DNA of 64,000 bases from Trichoplax sp. H2 (Eukaryota), in the NCBI GenBank assembly GCA_003344405.1, contig NOWV01000021.1, positions 372,001 through 436,000 on the forward strand, read 5' to 3'. The position numbers and the translations under genes were made by a program. Under the pieces are notes generated by a model that was not told the DNA's origin, did no database searches, and saw only the letters and a list, made by a program, of their open reading frames with translations. Positions 28,420 to 43,147 of this stretch are shown here, one piece after another. The number at the start of each line of letters is the position of its first letter. Position 1 is the stretch's first letter.

Positions 28420-31400
28420 TTACGCTAGTTGCAATTTATTCTTTAGAATTTCTAATAATGCATCGGAGTAATTATCAAGTAGAGTGTAGGTCTTGTCAAG
28501 ATTTACACTAGTATCCTTCGCAATGTCCTCTTGCATTGATAAAATTCTTGAAGATTCGCCTACAACACTACTGTTCGCTTCTCCACCGCTGGCTAACTGT
28601 CTAAGACGCTGCCTTCTTTGTCCTTCCATTATAGCTAGCTGTTCTTGCATTCGAGTAAAATGTGATACTAGCCCAGATAACATTTGACTATTCCTTTCAG
28701 TTGGTTGACAATCTAACAGCTATGTTTAAAATATTACGTTACCGTAGAAAATAAATTGACAAACATTATAGTAACATAACATAGTATAAGAAATTAAGAA
28801 TACTCACCGACGAATGCAAGTCGGCAGCAGCTTTAAACGATCTTTGAAGATTTTCAATAGTATCTCTATAATCTATAGCTATCAGAGAAATTAAAAATTA
28901 AGTGCTAAATCATATAACGTAAGGAGACCATTAAAGGATAATGTAGCGTAGATCACATTAATATAATAAACATGGTCCCAGTTTCATAGTAGTAATATAC
29001 TCACATGTGCATATAATGTATTGTTAACACTCTACAACATACGTTGCATATGCAAATCATGTTCTAACACAAAGATAAACAATTTATACTCAATAGAGTA
29101 TAAATCATCCATAAATTTAAACCCACTCCGAACAAATATTTGTCAATAATCTAGGCTAATGTTTCATAAAGTACTTCATCTACAGAACGGGTTTTACCTC
29201 CAATTTCAGTTCGTGGTGATGCAATTGCAAGTGAAGTAATTGATTTTTCAGGTGATGGCTTTTGATAGTTATGACTATTTGACCAAGTTTCGTTTTTATC
29301 AATTGGACCATCTGTTCTATTCGTAGTCGATTCATAACGTAATTGTCGGTTAACCTTCATTAGTGGCGATGAATTATCAACATCAGCCTTAAAATTACTT
29401 ATTTGTGAACTCGACCGTTGCTCATCGACATTGTGGCCAGCTGATGATAATGCCTCACATAAGGATTCATCTGCGATATCATTATCATCTACAACTATTT
29501 CCGATTCATGCATTGCTATACTATTATTTCCTTCCTTTAGGTCATTTTCCTCATCTACGTGTTGGCTAAGGTCTTTACTCTCTTGCAACTGATCATTCAT
29601 ATCTGTAGAAGCAGCTTCACCTTCCTCATCCTGGCATTTATTTAAAATATCAATTGTAGTAGGACTTTTTAAATCACTACTCAATCCTTCATCTTGGATC
29701 TTTTCTGAATTCTTATTAACAGTATTTTCAACATCTTGGTTACGAGCAGCAAGTTCTGGGTTAGATAATGTCTTTAATAACGGTGCTTTTGAAGATAATG
29801 GCTGCTTCTCAAGGTTTTCTTCAATCTATGAACACACATACGCATTATTTAGCATTTAGACAAAATGAAAATTGTCGGAATGTGTGAGATGGAATTTTAC
29901 CTGTTCCTGTGGAGCCGATAACTTACGGCTTCCTAAAGTAGCAAAACCCAACTGATATGACATAACATAAAAAAATGTGTTCTTAATATCCAGTAAATTA
30001 CTTTACAATGACAACATCCTTTCATACAATCGATGCACGCAGATCAGTAAAGTCAAAATCTAATATCTACATACTTCTATTAAACGTTTACGTGTTCTAT
30101 CAACCGCCTTAGCCATTTCCTCCTTTCGCTTCTGTAATAACTAAAAATAATAATTTGAATACATCATAACAATGACCGCATTAATTATGAAATCATTCAT
30201 CTGCCTTAATAGTTAATTACTTCGTCAAAATTTCGTGACACAGCATCTTCCGTACGAGCAGCGTCATTTGTGGCTTTCTTTCTGTCTGATACATTTCTAT
30301 ATCAATTATTAAACAGATATTGTAATTTCACTTTTAAACTGGTTACACAAACGGTTCTTAGGAATTACCAGTCAAACTTACTTGGCAATCGTAGTATGCT
30401 GAGATCTGGACAGAAAACGAGCTGAAATGCTCGACCGATGTAGCACATCCTGAGTTTTTGAAACCGCTGATGTGGCATCCATTATTTCGCCTTTAGACTT
30501 TACCGTTGCTTGTTCGTATGTACTTGCCTCTAGACTCTCATAATTTTTATAAAGAAAATCCTTGGCGTTATTCTTGGTTTCATTTTCGTTACCTTCAACA
30601 GCAGCAATTTCTTCTTGCTTTTCTATATCTGCACTATTTATTTCTTCATTTTCACCATTATCATCACTTGGGTCTTTTATAAGCAGGGAAGAATAGGAAT
30701 GAATTAATATCAAACTGGAAGAATTTCATATCACTCATTGTAATAGAATTAATAACTTACCGCCACTGCCAGATTTTTCCTTAATATTTTCATCGGAATC
30801 CTAGTAAGGAAACCAATATATAATGTTTCTGCGTAAGACACTAAAAACTAAGATGTCATTTGATCAAGCATCCAATCTTAGCTGTACAACATACCCCTGA
30901 AGGCTTTACTGGAGCTTTAACTTGGAAAGAACTAAATTAATAGAGAAAAGAATTTTAATTATAATATAGATCTGCCAGTGCACTTGTAGAGCTTTAAAAT
31001 ATGTTTACAAAGTGACTTTTTTAAGTTGCATACCTAGCATCGCAGCTGGCGCGGCTGTTGAAAAAGTAACACATCGTTTAATACAGATTAAGATAAGAAT
31101 TAAGAACAAGTCAAAACTACTTACTATGCCTTTTTTATTTCTCCTGTACTATTACTCTTTATTAATGAGGAATATGCCGTTTGTTTTCCTAACAAATTGA
31201 TATCATCTACAGGTTTATCAGTCGTAGTTTTGGTTTGGTCGTCTCGCCAATTATTACGTCTCAGCTTGACCTTTGATATTAAATCCTTTCAAATACCGAT
31301 TTCTTCCGATTAGCTACTAAAGCAACATAGCTTCACACAAAATATTACCTTATTATCACTTGCTTCAGCCACCAGATTTGAAGGTTCAGCTGTATTTTCA

Positions 31401-34400
31401 ACTTTGGGGGTAAATGCACCTTCAGAGTTAGCATTCCTACCCTAATAATCAAGAAAGGCAATAGGGATATTACAAATCAAGAATTCACTAAAAGTAGGCT
31501 ACATAGATTAGTACATTTTGACTGATAATGCTCGTATTGCAATCTTCAGATTCAAAGGTTAGGCGGCGATCATCTATAGAATTAAGATAATATTAAAAAC
31601 TGAGTTCTACGAATCAACAAAAAAATTCTTAGATCATATGCTTTGCTTACCATTTTCTAATGCAACCGTAATATGTTCTCCCTGACTGTCATCCAATACC
31701 GACAATAAATTAATGCCACCAGCGTCTACACGCTGTAAATTAATAATGATGATGCATCACTTGAAGTCAGAATCAATTACAATAGAAATAAGCACCTACA
31801 TACGCCTAGACCTCTAGCATACCTGAGCCCATCTACCCTGTGGTTGAGCCGGCTCATTAGATGTCCCCGTATTCGAAGCTTCAGTATCATCTACTTCAGT
31901 CTAAAATCGAACCGTAATTATGGATCAATACAATGTTTTAAAATCTACAGGCACCCACATTAATCTCTAGCATACCTGAGCCCATTTACCCTGCGGTTGT
32001 GCCGCTTCATTAGATGTTCCTGTATTCGAAGTTTCTGGTTCATCTACTTCCATCTAAAATCGAACAGTAATTATACATCAATACAATAAATTATGAAACA
32101 CTTGCAACGCGATGATCAATATAAAGTGTTAAATAGCTATAATCAATTAGTAAAACCGAAACAGCTCAATACAGTAATAAAAAAGTGTCATAATAGCATT
32201 ATTGATAATCCTAAGTAATATGCGATTATGCGGTATAAAATCAAGTTAAAAAAAGATCAATACTTGTCTCTTTGCCCATGCAGGTAGCTGACCAAAACTA
32301 TATCGATAATTTTTTTTATAGGTCTTGCTGTAGTTCACTATTAAAATGATAAAAAATTCTTGATTAATAAGTACTTCTACATTTTCGTAGTAAAGATATA
32401 AAATGAAGTCAAATATACCAGTTGCACTACCTTCACTGCCCCGCTCAAGATCTTCTTCTTCCTCTTCTTCTTCCTCTTCCTCACCTTTGTATTCCTTATG
32501 ACTTTGACGTTGCGATACAGTATAAGTCCCTCGCCTTATTGTGCCCAATAAAACACATTTTTTACGATCACAGTTTGTAATCAAATTTTATACCATACAT
32601 GTAAAAACTAACCGTAAATCTTCGGCTACTGCCGCATCCTTGACATCACTTTTACCTAGTAACTTTTCTTGAATAGTCTAAAATTGTTTCGAGATGTAAG
32701 ACATGAAATACTAAGCTGCATTTATTCCGTGATATCCGTTTTCATCTTACCTGAGTTACAAAAGAGGGTAATTTCCAAACAAAGATGCAACTATATTCGC
32801 ATATAATGAGACAGAAATTATCAGTCATTGCTGAAAATAAAGACGAATGGATAAATTATACATAGTTTAACTAATCACTAACCTATCACCGGAAACAGTG
32901 ATTAATCTTTCACCATCATTGGTAAAAGCAATGCCAGTAATAATTTCTGTATGAAAAAATACTGAGATCAGTTCAACTTGTTTAATGTTAGACAATATGT
33001 TAGTACAGTCTAAAATAGTTATGTCAACAATAATTATAATTACGCACCGGCATGTCCACTCATTTGGGCGATACAATCGCCAGAATAAAATTCATGGATA
33101 CTAACAAATTTATCAGAGCTACTTGTGGCAACGTAACTACCGCTTGGATCTAAGGCAACCTAGAACATATGGAAATAAAGGTATTTATTAAATTATGTAT
33201 ATACTGTAGCTTCTCAGAAAAAAATCGTAATTACCTTTATCAAGGTACCATCGTCAGTAACTGATCCTTTATAGCTTTTTTTCAATTTACCAGTTTTAAT
33301 ATTATAAATCCTATCAATCATATACTTTTAGTGGTAAGTATACACATGTAGTCCATGTAGCAAACTAATAATTATAATAACATTATTTAGATTAATACCT
33401 GACATTTCGATCCTGACAAGCGGTAACTGCGAATTTTCTAAATTGATTGAGATGACCATGTATTACATAAAAGTTCACACTACAATTATCTATATCTATT
33501 ACGTACCGTCTACAATCAATATCCATATCATATAGCGTGGTCTTGCTAACAACTATATTTGACCGAATAAATTGAAATTCCGGTTCCTAAGAATATGGAA
33601 AAGTAAAAAAATTAACAACTATAACATGTGATTGGAGTCTTTGCCATTATATAATTACAAATGTAAATATTGTTGCGGAACCTCTTGCGCAGTACGAAAC
33701 AGAATTGATTTATCGGTGCCACAACTCAATAAGTGTAAATTGTCTTTTACGACTACAAAGTATTTGAAAAAATTTTAGTAATAGATCACACGATTATATG
33801 ATATGCAACACATCAGAGAAATACTTTAAATCTTATAAACATTATTACTTTACCAGCAAAATGAACAGAAGTAATAGAGCCAGAATGATCATCAATTGTT
33901 TGTACTAGATTACAGCTTTTACCATCGAAATGAAAAACATGAATCAACCGATCTCGACTTGCAGAGGCTAATAAATCGTGACCTAGCCAGATACATATAA
34001 TTCAGAATAAGTTAAAGTAGCCCTTAGCATATCCTTGAAAAGTATAAAGGAAGAAATTGTCCATACCAGAATCGACATCTAAAAATGATACGCATAAAAC
34101 TTCTGCGTCATGGGCTTCAACTTTAACCAACTCATCCATAAACTGTAAATCATGTATCCTTTGACAGGCAATATAGAATCACGATAAGCTTTGGCAATAC
34201 AAAAAAGGTAACTGATATGCAATTTATATTACCTAATGAACCCAGATCTATCACCGGAGGCAAGATATTGGCCGTTATTGTTAATATTCATACATCTAAC
34301 TCCAATACTTTTTTGATGCTCAACAGAAGGACTAGCAGGTGTATTACTTGAGCCCACTAATTGTAATGTTGCTCTGTTAGCGTGGTATTTATAAAGTTGA

Positions 34401-37400
34401 AAGTGCTATTTAAATAAATGAATATTACCTGTCACTGTTTCTACAAGGTTAGTAAATTCCTTATCTGTGTATAAAACCCGAAATAACTCCTACAGTAATA
34501 AACCACAGCGAGATTAATTTAAATATTAAAATATGACATGAGTAGGGAAAAAATATAATATTAAAAGCATACATCACTAAAAATATTTTTCCTGAAGCGT
34601 AAAGTGTCCTGACAGGCATCTAAAAAACGGAGGCATCATATCATTTTTATGAATAAAATATTTCAGTTAATGAAATTAAATGGATCGACCGGAAGACAAT
34701 ACCTAAATCAAGGTTCCAAAATCGGATCGTGTCATCAGATGAACAGGTAACAAATGATCCTACAGGTAAATGTGCTCTTTCAACATTTGCAACGCGATAT
34801 ACCTAGATGCGAATAATAAAAATGTGATATAAATACACAAATACGAAAGCTAACTTATAATAATAATATTCTTGCACCATTTCTATTACCTTAACGTCCC
34901 AAACACAACCAGCATGAAATAAAAATGATCGAGATTTATCAATCTTTTGTAGATCTCTTAAATTCCATATGTATAGGCTATGGTCATTATATGTACAAGT
35001 TACCTAACAGAAATCAATAAACATCATAACGTTAAGGTATAAAGGTAAATATTATAACAGTTATCAGTTGTAGTTAGAAAATTTACGTTAAATTACATAA
35101 AAATGAATCAAAGTATATTTTTGATAATAAAACTATCCTAACCAATTTATTTATAGAATCATAGACCATAGCTACGACGTCTGGATATTTAATATCGGGG
35201 TCAGCTTTATATACCATAGCACTATGAAAATTTTGGAAATATGGCGTAAGAAATTTATATAAAATTGAATAAAATTGTCAGCAAATACAATACCTAGGAT
35301 CTACGCTGTTGGCTAGATCTATTCCTAAACGATGCGGTTTAGGTAAGCTTGTAACAAAGCCTAAGGTACTACAGTTGAAAATTCTACGATACAATGGAGA
35401 GACCGTAAGATACACGTCATTAAAAATGATCAAAAAATTTTTTCATAAAACTGAAAAAGTATCGCAAGTGAAGTTTACCTAACGATACCGGATGAGCAAC
35501 CACAATAAATATAATTTTCATCGACAACAACAGAGCTAGCAGATGATGCCTAAATAAGAATGGTTATGTGCAACGCTATTAATGGTAAAAGCTGATAAAA
35601 AGTAACCCATGCACCATCTGTGTAGTCTACATAGCATATCTAAACCATCATAACACTGCCTAATTACAGAATAAATTAGATATAATATTACAAACCTTTA
35701 ATTCAACCCATTTCTCTAACATTCGCTTACTGTTAAAACAGCAGAGTAGACCACTCTTTGTGATACAATAAGTAGAACTAGCATTATCGCCAATACCACA
35801 GGCAACATCACAAAACATGTTGCTCCTCAATTCTCCTAATAATCCCGATCGACCAATTAATGGTTGTCTATCTCCAACCTATAAATTATTAAGAATTAGG
35901 CAAGATTAGCTACTTTTTGAATAAACAGAAATATCATATGTTAGTACAATTTACTAGTATGATACCTTGCTCGAATTTTTGGCAAAATACCAAAATCTAA
36001 CATGACGTAGACCAGCAGTAACAAAGTAGCTACCATCTTCTGCAAATGATAAGGACTGAGCCTGCAATTTTATAAATGAGTCAAAAGTGTTACAGTTGAT
36101 TCCCTTAACAAGCCTTAATGAGATTATTAAGAAAATATCTCTACGAAATTGATCTCGTGTCTTACTCTGTAAAATTAAATTATCGCCAACATTACCTGGA
36201 CAGAAATCTTATTACATGCCACAATTTGCCCAGTCTAACGGTAAAGAAAAAAGCCATTACTAAATAATTAATTAACTAGCGCAATACCTTTTCTTTATTA
36301 ACTAGAATGCGCGTATAAATAAGATCTAATGAAGAAAAAGCTACCTTTAAACTCCAGACATTAACACTCATATCATGTTGATCTCCAACTGATACTACTA
36401 GTTTGTTGTTAGGAGAAAAAGCCTACAATCATCAACAATGAGAATTATTATTTATACGCGAACATAATGATTAAAATTTTTCTATTTCCTGACAAACGTG
36501 ATAATTACATACACCTGGACATAATGACGTATATTGGAGCATTATAGGATCATTTTTAGTGACACTAGTAATAAAATGTACTATATTTTTCATCCGTACA
36601 TGTTGAAAGTAAATATATGCGCGTATTACATAATGATTTGAGGGGATTCTAGCTAAAAGACAGTATCAGAATTGTTCGTCGATATAGACTGGAGTAAATT
36701 AATTGAAACGCTATATAACCATTTCCAGGGATTACAATTTAAAGTTACTACCACTTATCATTCAAGTTAAAGAATGTTGTTGCATTGGTATAATTATATT
36801 CAAGGATGATAGTCGAAAAACAACACTACTATGTTTCACCTATGTAACTATAATACAATCATAGGTTTCGTGAGAACTGTATGTCAATGGCTTAAATTGT
36901 AATTACAGGTGTATGTGCAGTTAGTGCCGTTTGTCAGCAATGAAGCAATTATACAGTATACGCGTATAGCACTGTATTATCCACAATTTCACAGTACTGT
37001 ATATAGCACACGTACTGCGATAACTTATTATCTTCATAGTATCGTAATTAAACTATAGCTATAACGCGCAGTACTGGAAATATGCAAACCGCCAGTAAGA
37101 TAGTGGGCAATAAGCTACAGTAGTAGAAGTAATATTAAAAGCTCAGTGTCCGTCAATGCACTAATTTGTACTACAAATACGATATTAATATACTGTTTCC
37201 AAATAGAGATTAGAAAATATTAAGGCATTACGTAGTATTAGCCATCGTATGCTGTACACATAGCTATTATTATCTTACAATAAATTACTTACCACACAGG
37301 CAACGCTAAATTTATGACCCAGGTATTCAGCTGCTTGGTTATTATTATCAGATAAATCCCATACCCTAACAGCCGGTAAATGCCCACTCTATCCATTATA

Positions 37401-40400
37401 TAGAACAAAATATTGAACGAATATTAACTAAATACGCATAAATGCACATTGATTATAATTATTTATCAATGATACTTAATGCTCTCTAGATTTCAATAGA
37501 CTGCTTAGTATTTAAGCAGAATTAAATTATGGTAATGAGAGAAAATTAAATAAAGTAATACGGCAACAATAATATGTTAGGTTTATAATGCTGTATGAAT
37601 ATCGATTATGATCTAATAGCTATGCGCATATTTTGTGGAAGTATTTTTAATAATTGCCTATTACTATAAATATTTCTGAATTTTTAATACAAGATAATCA
37701 AATAAGCTATGTTGACAATATTATAATTTGCATTCTTTCTACTAACCTCGCCACTGACAATGTATCTGCCATCTTCTGAGAAAGCAACGCACTTTAGACA
37801 TTTCCTATTCAAGTCAATATGTATTAAGTAAATATACAGTATGTTCGATATTGACATTAAGTACACATTGGAGACAAAAAATAGTCATCATTATTCACTA
37901 CAATTATCCTTGCTAGACATAATACAAAAAACTACATTTAAATGAACGAATTCTCATTGATTTGATGGTTTTCACAATTATATTTAAAAATTTTACTATT
38001 TGCAAAATTTAAGTTTACGAGTTTATAGCTATAACGATGAAACAAAAGTTGATTTATTTTGACTATGTAAACCTAGTAGGCAACAGAAAATTTGCTCTTA
38101 TTTAATATGATTTTTTACGCGTTATCCTAGTTTATACAACCTAGAACAGAATTTTTGAGTCTTAAGAATTTAAATCTACGAACTAGACATCAAAGCATTG
38201 TAAAGCTATTTTTACTATTATTCGAGAGAGTCTAATAATTGGCTGATACAAATAGAGAGCTTGATCTATTTATGATAACTCCTACTGATTTCTATGATGT
38301 AAAATAGGTATTTTGCAGTTACAAGAAATAACCGTACAAACTCGTAAATCTAAACGGCATAAAGTCATCCGCTTAGTCTCTCCGAACATCTTTACCATTC
38401 ATGAACGTAAACAAATTCTACCGTTGCAAAAGTAAGTTTACAAATTTGTCGATTTAAACACTGCCAGACTATTTTTCTATTATCACTTAAAGAGAATATA
38501 GTACAGTAGCTGATTGACAAAAATAGAAAGCTTAATCTATTTAACATATTTCGCTGGTTTATATGATATAGAAGAGAACTGATACTATTATGAATTTAAA
38601 TATAGGAATTCGTAGGTCTAACTATGATACTGTGCATGCAAAATAACTTTCTATTATTAACTGGGTAAGAGCTCATAACTGATTGATAGAAATAGAAGGC
38701 TCGATCAATTTTAACATCTTCTATATGGAATATTGTAAGGGTAGACTATCAGTCTTAAAGCTATCCAAATAAAATAACAGCCAGAACTACTACCTATCTC
38801 TGCTATAACCTTTCTGGCAGTCTACTTTACGAAATACCTTTAGTGAAGTCATGTAAGTTAAGAAAAATGGGGGCGGGGGGCGGATAGAAAATGCTACTCC
38901 ATCATAAATGTACTGTATATCTAACAACTTTGAACACCTTTTGCAGTTAGAGCTGCCATTTATCTCAGCAATACGAGTAAATATCGATACTGAAAGCCTT
39001 TCGATATACCATTTTTTTTAAATATCATTTGGTAATATTATAAGATTACGAAAAAATAGACAATCAATCGCTTCAGGAAAAATAACATGACACCTTTTTG
39101 GACATGCATTTTCAACAATTTTGGGTATCTTTTACTATTACAGTTATAATTTAATCAGAGTTGGACGTGCAAAAGTCCACAATGTATGACAATGTGGAAG
39201 TATCATCGGCTCAAATGCTACTAGAAAACCCCGATATCGTACAGTTTGTCTCATAACTCATAAATTTTAGAAATAATTTACTGAACAATTTACAGCAGTC
39301 TTAGCTTATAAATAGAAAAAACTTACCTCGCTGTATTAAAAATATGACTTTGACGATTTGTTTTAGGATTGTACAGAACAATAACACAACTAGATGAGAG
39401 AGAAAAAGATCATTAAAATGGATCATTTTGAAGGTATTTTCATAGAATAAGAAAGGCAAGATTGTATCAATATCTAGTAAAGCGACTATATTCGCTGGAT
39501 ATTGCCATTGACAACCTGCATTATTGATGATTATAACGTATCAATAAATTAATCTTAAAACAATCAAGAAAGGATACACTGTGTAGGATTTGGATGAGAA
39601 TAAGACAACAATTCATCATGAGTAGGCAGGAGGAAGCTTTGTCAGTAATAGGAAATAATTATACTGGATGATTCTATTATTACTGTATAATATTGAAGTA
39701 CTGTTGTGAAACTCGATTTACTAAAGGTACTGATCGTTATATCAGGTATACAGTAGCAATTGACGGTTTATAGTGCTTTTATAATAATTCAAACTTCGTA
39801 TTTTAGAAATCGACGCTTATCAATCAATTTATGCTGGCCATATACTATAATAATTAGTTATTAGCTTATATAAAAATTTACCAGTATAATTTTACCGACT
39901 GCATTTTTAGTGCATATCGCCCCTTTCTTTATGCTTATGAACTTCATATCCTAGATTAATTTAATTGATTGAATTATCACGACTATGTCCGAACTAACTA
40001 TTACCGTGACTTGTTGACTAGTCCATCGAGTTTCTAAGTAAAGGGATCAATTTTTTAGTCCCACATTGTCGTTCTCTGTAAACTCCATGTCAGATGTGCA
40101 GTGGTCTGCTGCATACTATGTTCAGTTTCTTACTGTAACTGGAGGAGAATTTTTTAGTCAATATGGTCAATTTTTCTAGCTTTGTAAACTTTCCATCGGA
40201 GGCTAATTAATTTATTTATTTATCATTATTGATCATGGCTATTAATACTAATCTATGGCTTCTGAAAGCGTGCGTTTTTAGATATTGCAATTTCTTTGCC
40301 ACAGTCATGTCTAGTAATCACTTTTCCACAATTAATCAATTTAACGACCATCCTCAATTAACATAAATCTACTGTGTCTGCGTCGACTTTCTACAAGTCT

Positions 40401-43147
40401 ATGTCGATGTCTAAAATAGTATTCTTAGTAAATGGACTAATTCAGAACATTTCGATAAAAAATAATTCCATCTCAACATTGAATTTGATCAATTGAATAT
40501 TACTGAACTTGTTGGTAACGATAATAGGCAAAGGTGATTGATGCCATGTGGATAAAAACAACCTATTTTATATTCACTTACTGTCAATAATGAGAATTTA
40601 ATTGAATAATGATACGAATCAGAAAATGGACTAAGGTACGGTTGATAAAATACGAGTCTAGGATATATTTCACGTAGTAAGGATCATTTATCAACACCCT
40701 TGTTAAAGATGTAGAATAGTGTTGGATTACCGATGAAATGTAGTAATCTATCAGTAGATGCAGAATATCTTGCATATACAAATCAGAAAATAGACTAAGG
40801 TATGGTTGATAAAATACGACTCTAGGATATATTTCACGTGGTAAGGATCATTTATCAACACCCTTTTATTAAAGATGTAGAATAGTGATGGATTACCGAA
40901 GAAATGTAGTAATCTATCAGTAGATGCAGAATATCTTGCATATACAATAATTAATTCTTGACTAATATACCTGTCCTACTGTAATTGCCGATGAAAATTG
41001 GACACTTAAGACAAGAAATATAATCAAATCAAATCTGCACGACTTACCCAGCTAAATAAGCAATGGTACCAGAAGATGGATCACAAGTCAAACTGCTACA
41101 ATTGGTAGCGGTTATACCAATTACTTGCTCCAGCTGGCACTACACTCCGGAAAAAATAAATTGAATACAGTCATTCATAATTATAACAAAGCTTTAAAAA
41201 TTACAAATACTCGCCATATGTATACACATACAAGGAAAGTATTTTTGTTAACTGTTGGATGACAATTTTAATAATCGATGTAGAAAAATAACTGTACTAT
41301 GGAAACAATATGGCGCATTAGATAGACAATTTCTTTTTCAAGGACGTGTAGATTAATCATTTTGAAATGATGATATATCGAGTATTTCTGTATGCAATAA
41401 GACTGTTGACTACAATAACTTGGCGTAGCAGTGTTGTATCATTATTAGGAAGGAAAATGATGTCGATTGCTTTCCCTTTTATTAGTAGTATGTACTGGTC
41501 ATTTTGAAATGATGATGCTATTTCTAATTAATAATGGATTGTCGGTTACCATCGATCGGTGCATATGGAAGAAGTAATATATCACTATTATTCCTAAAAA
41601 ATAATATAGACCATTTTAAACTGTAGTAGTGATGATACCAATTAAGAATGATATTAAAAATTACATGGGATTACCGACTACAAGCAATCGCTCGGTGTAG
41701 AAATAGTCCACTATTGGTTGAGAATGGAAGACTATTTTCTCCTAGTATCAATGTTAGAAGTGTGTGATCTTTACTTTCAATAACGATGATATTTCTGATC
41801 GCAATTTGATCGCTGACTGCAGTCGATCAGTGTAGTCATGTTTTATCGTCGCCATTGGAGAAAATAATGTAGACTGTTTCCCTTTTACTGTAATAACTGT
41901 ACATATATCATGCAGGATCATTTCGGAATGATGATGCCATTTCTATCTGTAATTGGATCTCTGTCTACCGTAAAATCGATCAGTTTTATCATCATCACAG
42001 GATCATTTTGGAAGGATAATGCGATATCTATCCGCAATTTCATCGCTGACTACAATCAGCGGCGTTTTGATTGTCACCCTAGGAGAAAGCGATCGATAGC
42101 CTATTTTTGCTTCTGATTACTCTATATCGTATTGAAAAGAGGATGTAATTTCTACTGACTACCATCGATCAGTCTAGCAGCATTGAATCACATCCTAGGC
42201 CAAAATAATGTCGACTATTTCTTTTCTAGTAACAGTATAAGATACACGATCATCTTCAAATGGTGATGCGATTTGTAACAACAATTTAATAGACTGTCGT
42301 TGATGAAAATGATCTATGGTCAATCATTCGCCTTTCTAATTACGAGTTGTATGTATCGGAATTTGAAATGATGATACTGTTCCTATCCACAATTGGACTA
42401 ATTGTAGTCGATCAAAGATGATGTACTAATAAAATAGTTGGCTTTTCTAGCGATGCATCGATCATTTTGAAACGATGATGGTGATTGTATGGGCAATTTG
42501 ATCGTTGACTACAATGGGTGAAAAGGATATCAATCAGTCAAATATCCTATCATCGTACCGGATAGCATCTTGGCAAATATCAAAGTGGTCTTATTCAATT
42601 CAACGCATGATGGACTCTCCATTTCTGGATATACGATAGATACCCAACGGTATTGGATGGGATATGGGGCCGATTCAAGTCTAATAAGTGATATCCTATG
42701 GTTCTTGTTGGTGAACTTGATATAGACTGATTCCCTTGTAACAGCATTGATTATTTAACATGACGATGATGATATTTGTATGGACTACAATTCTAACTTA
42801 GCCAATGGCAACATTATCCAATTCATTCAATTTGATGGACATCGCATCGATTGCATGATAATCCTCTATTGAACTGCTCTTAAAGGATACTAAACGATTG
42901 AAAGTCTATTCAGTATCCAAATACTAAAAGCAACAATGAATACAGTCATGAACCGCAAAATCAATGACTATGTGGTCAGAGAATGGATGTGGATTCTTGT
43001 GTCTATGATTGGGACTTGTTGTAAATGATAAAATTGGCTTCTTACCCTATCCGATAAAGGACTGATTTCGCGTCTAACGGAGATTTTCCTCTTGGGCGAT
43101 GACTTGGCCAATTTATCGGTAATAGACCTTTTCGCAAATAATGCCAT
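28420..43147 (-). CDS. MAPKBP1: MAPKBP1/WDR62-family WD40 scaffold protein (many exons)
   Basis: Exon 1 is 43046-43147. Blocks include LEQVIGIT...[68 protein letters not shown] and C-terminal [13 protein letters not shown]. Probably a co-orthologue of vertebrate WDR62 and MAPKBP1. Confidence 0.92.
31810..32087 (-). repeat. Tandem exon duplication (two 78-nt exons, period 153 bp)
   Basis: Exon 31976-32053 encodes [26 protein letters not shown] and exon 31823-31900 encodes [26 protein letters not shown]. The flanking intron sequence is duplicated too. Confidence 0.92.
40617..40946. repeat. Intronic direct tandem duplication, 2 x ~165 bp
   Basis: AATCAGAAAAT...TCTTGCATATACA occurs twice head to tail with few differences. 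Confidence 0.93.
41355..42520. repeat. Degenerate tandem repeat in intron 1 of MAPKBP1/WDR62
   Basis: A motif like GATCATTTTGAAATGATGAT...ATCCGCAATTTGATCGCTGACTAC...GGAGAAAATAATGTCGACT recurs at ~41356, 41497, 41610, 41766, 41916, 42001, 42250, 42360 and 42460. Confidence 0.75.

Noticed and set aside
34153..34165. U12 donor-like GTATCCTTT
   Set aside because: It lies on the plus strand, antisense to MAPKBP1, where it is an ordinary AG acceptor/exon boundary.
41355..42520. C/D-box snoRNA cluster (repeated ATGATGA)
   Set aside because: The box-C-like words are antisense to the host gene, and no consistent terminal stem or box D was seen.
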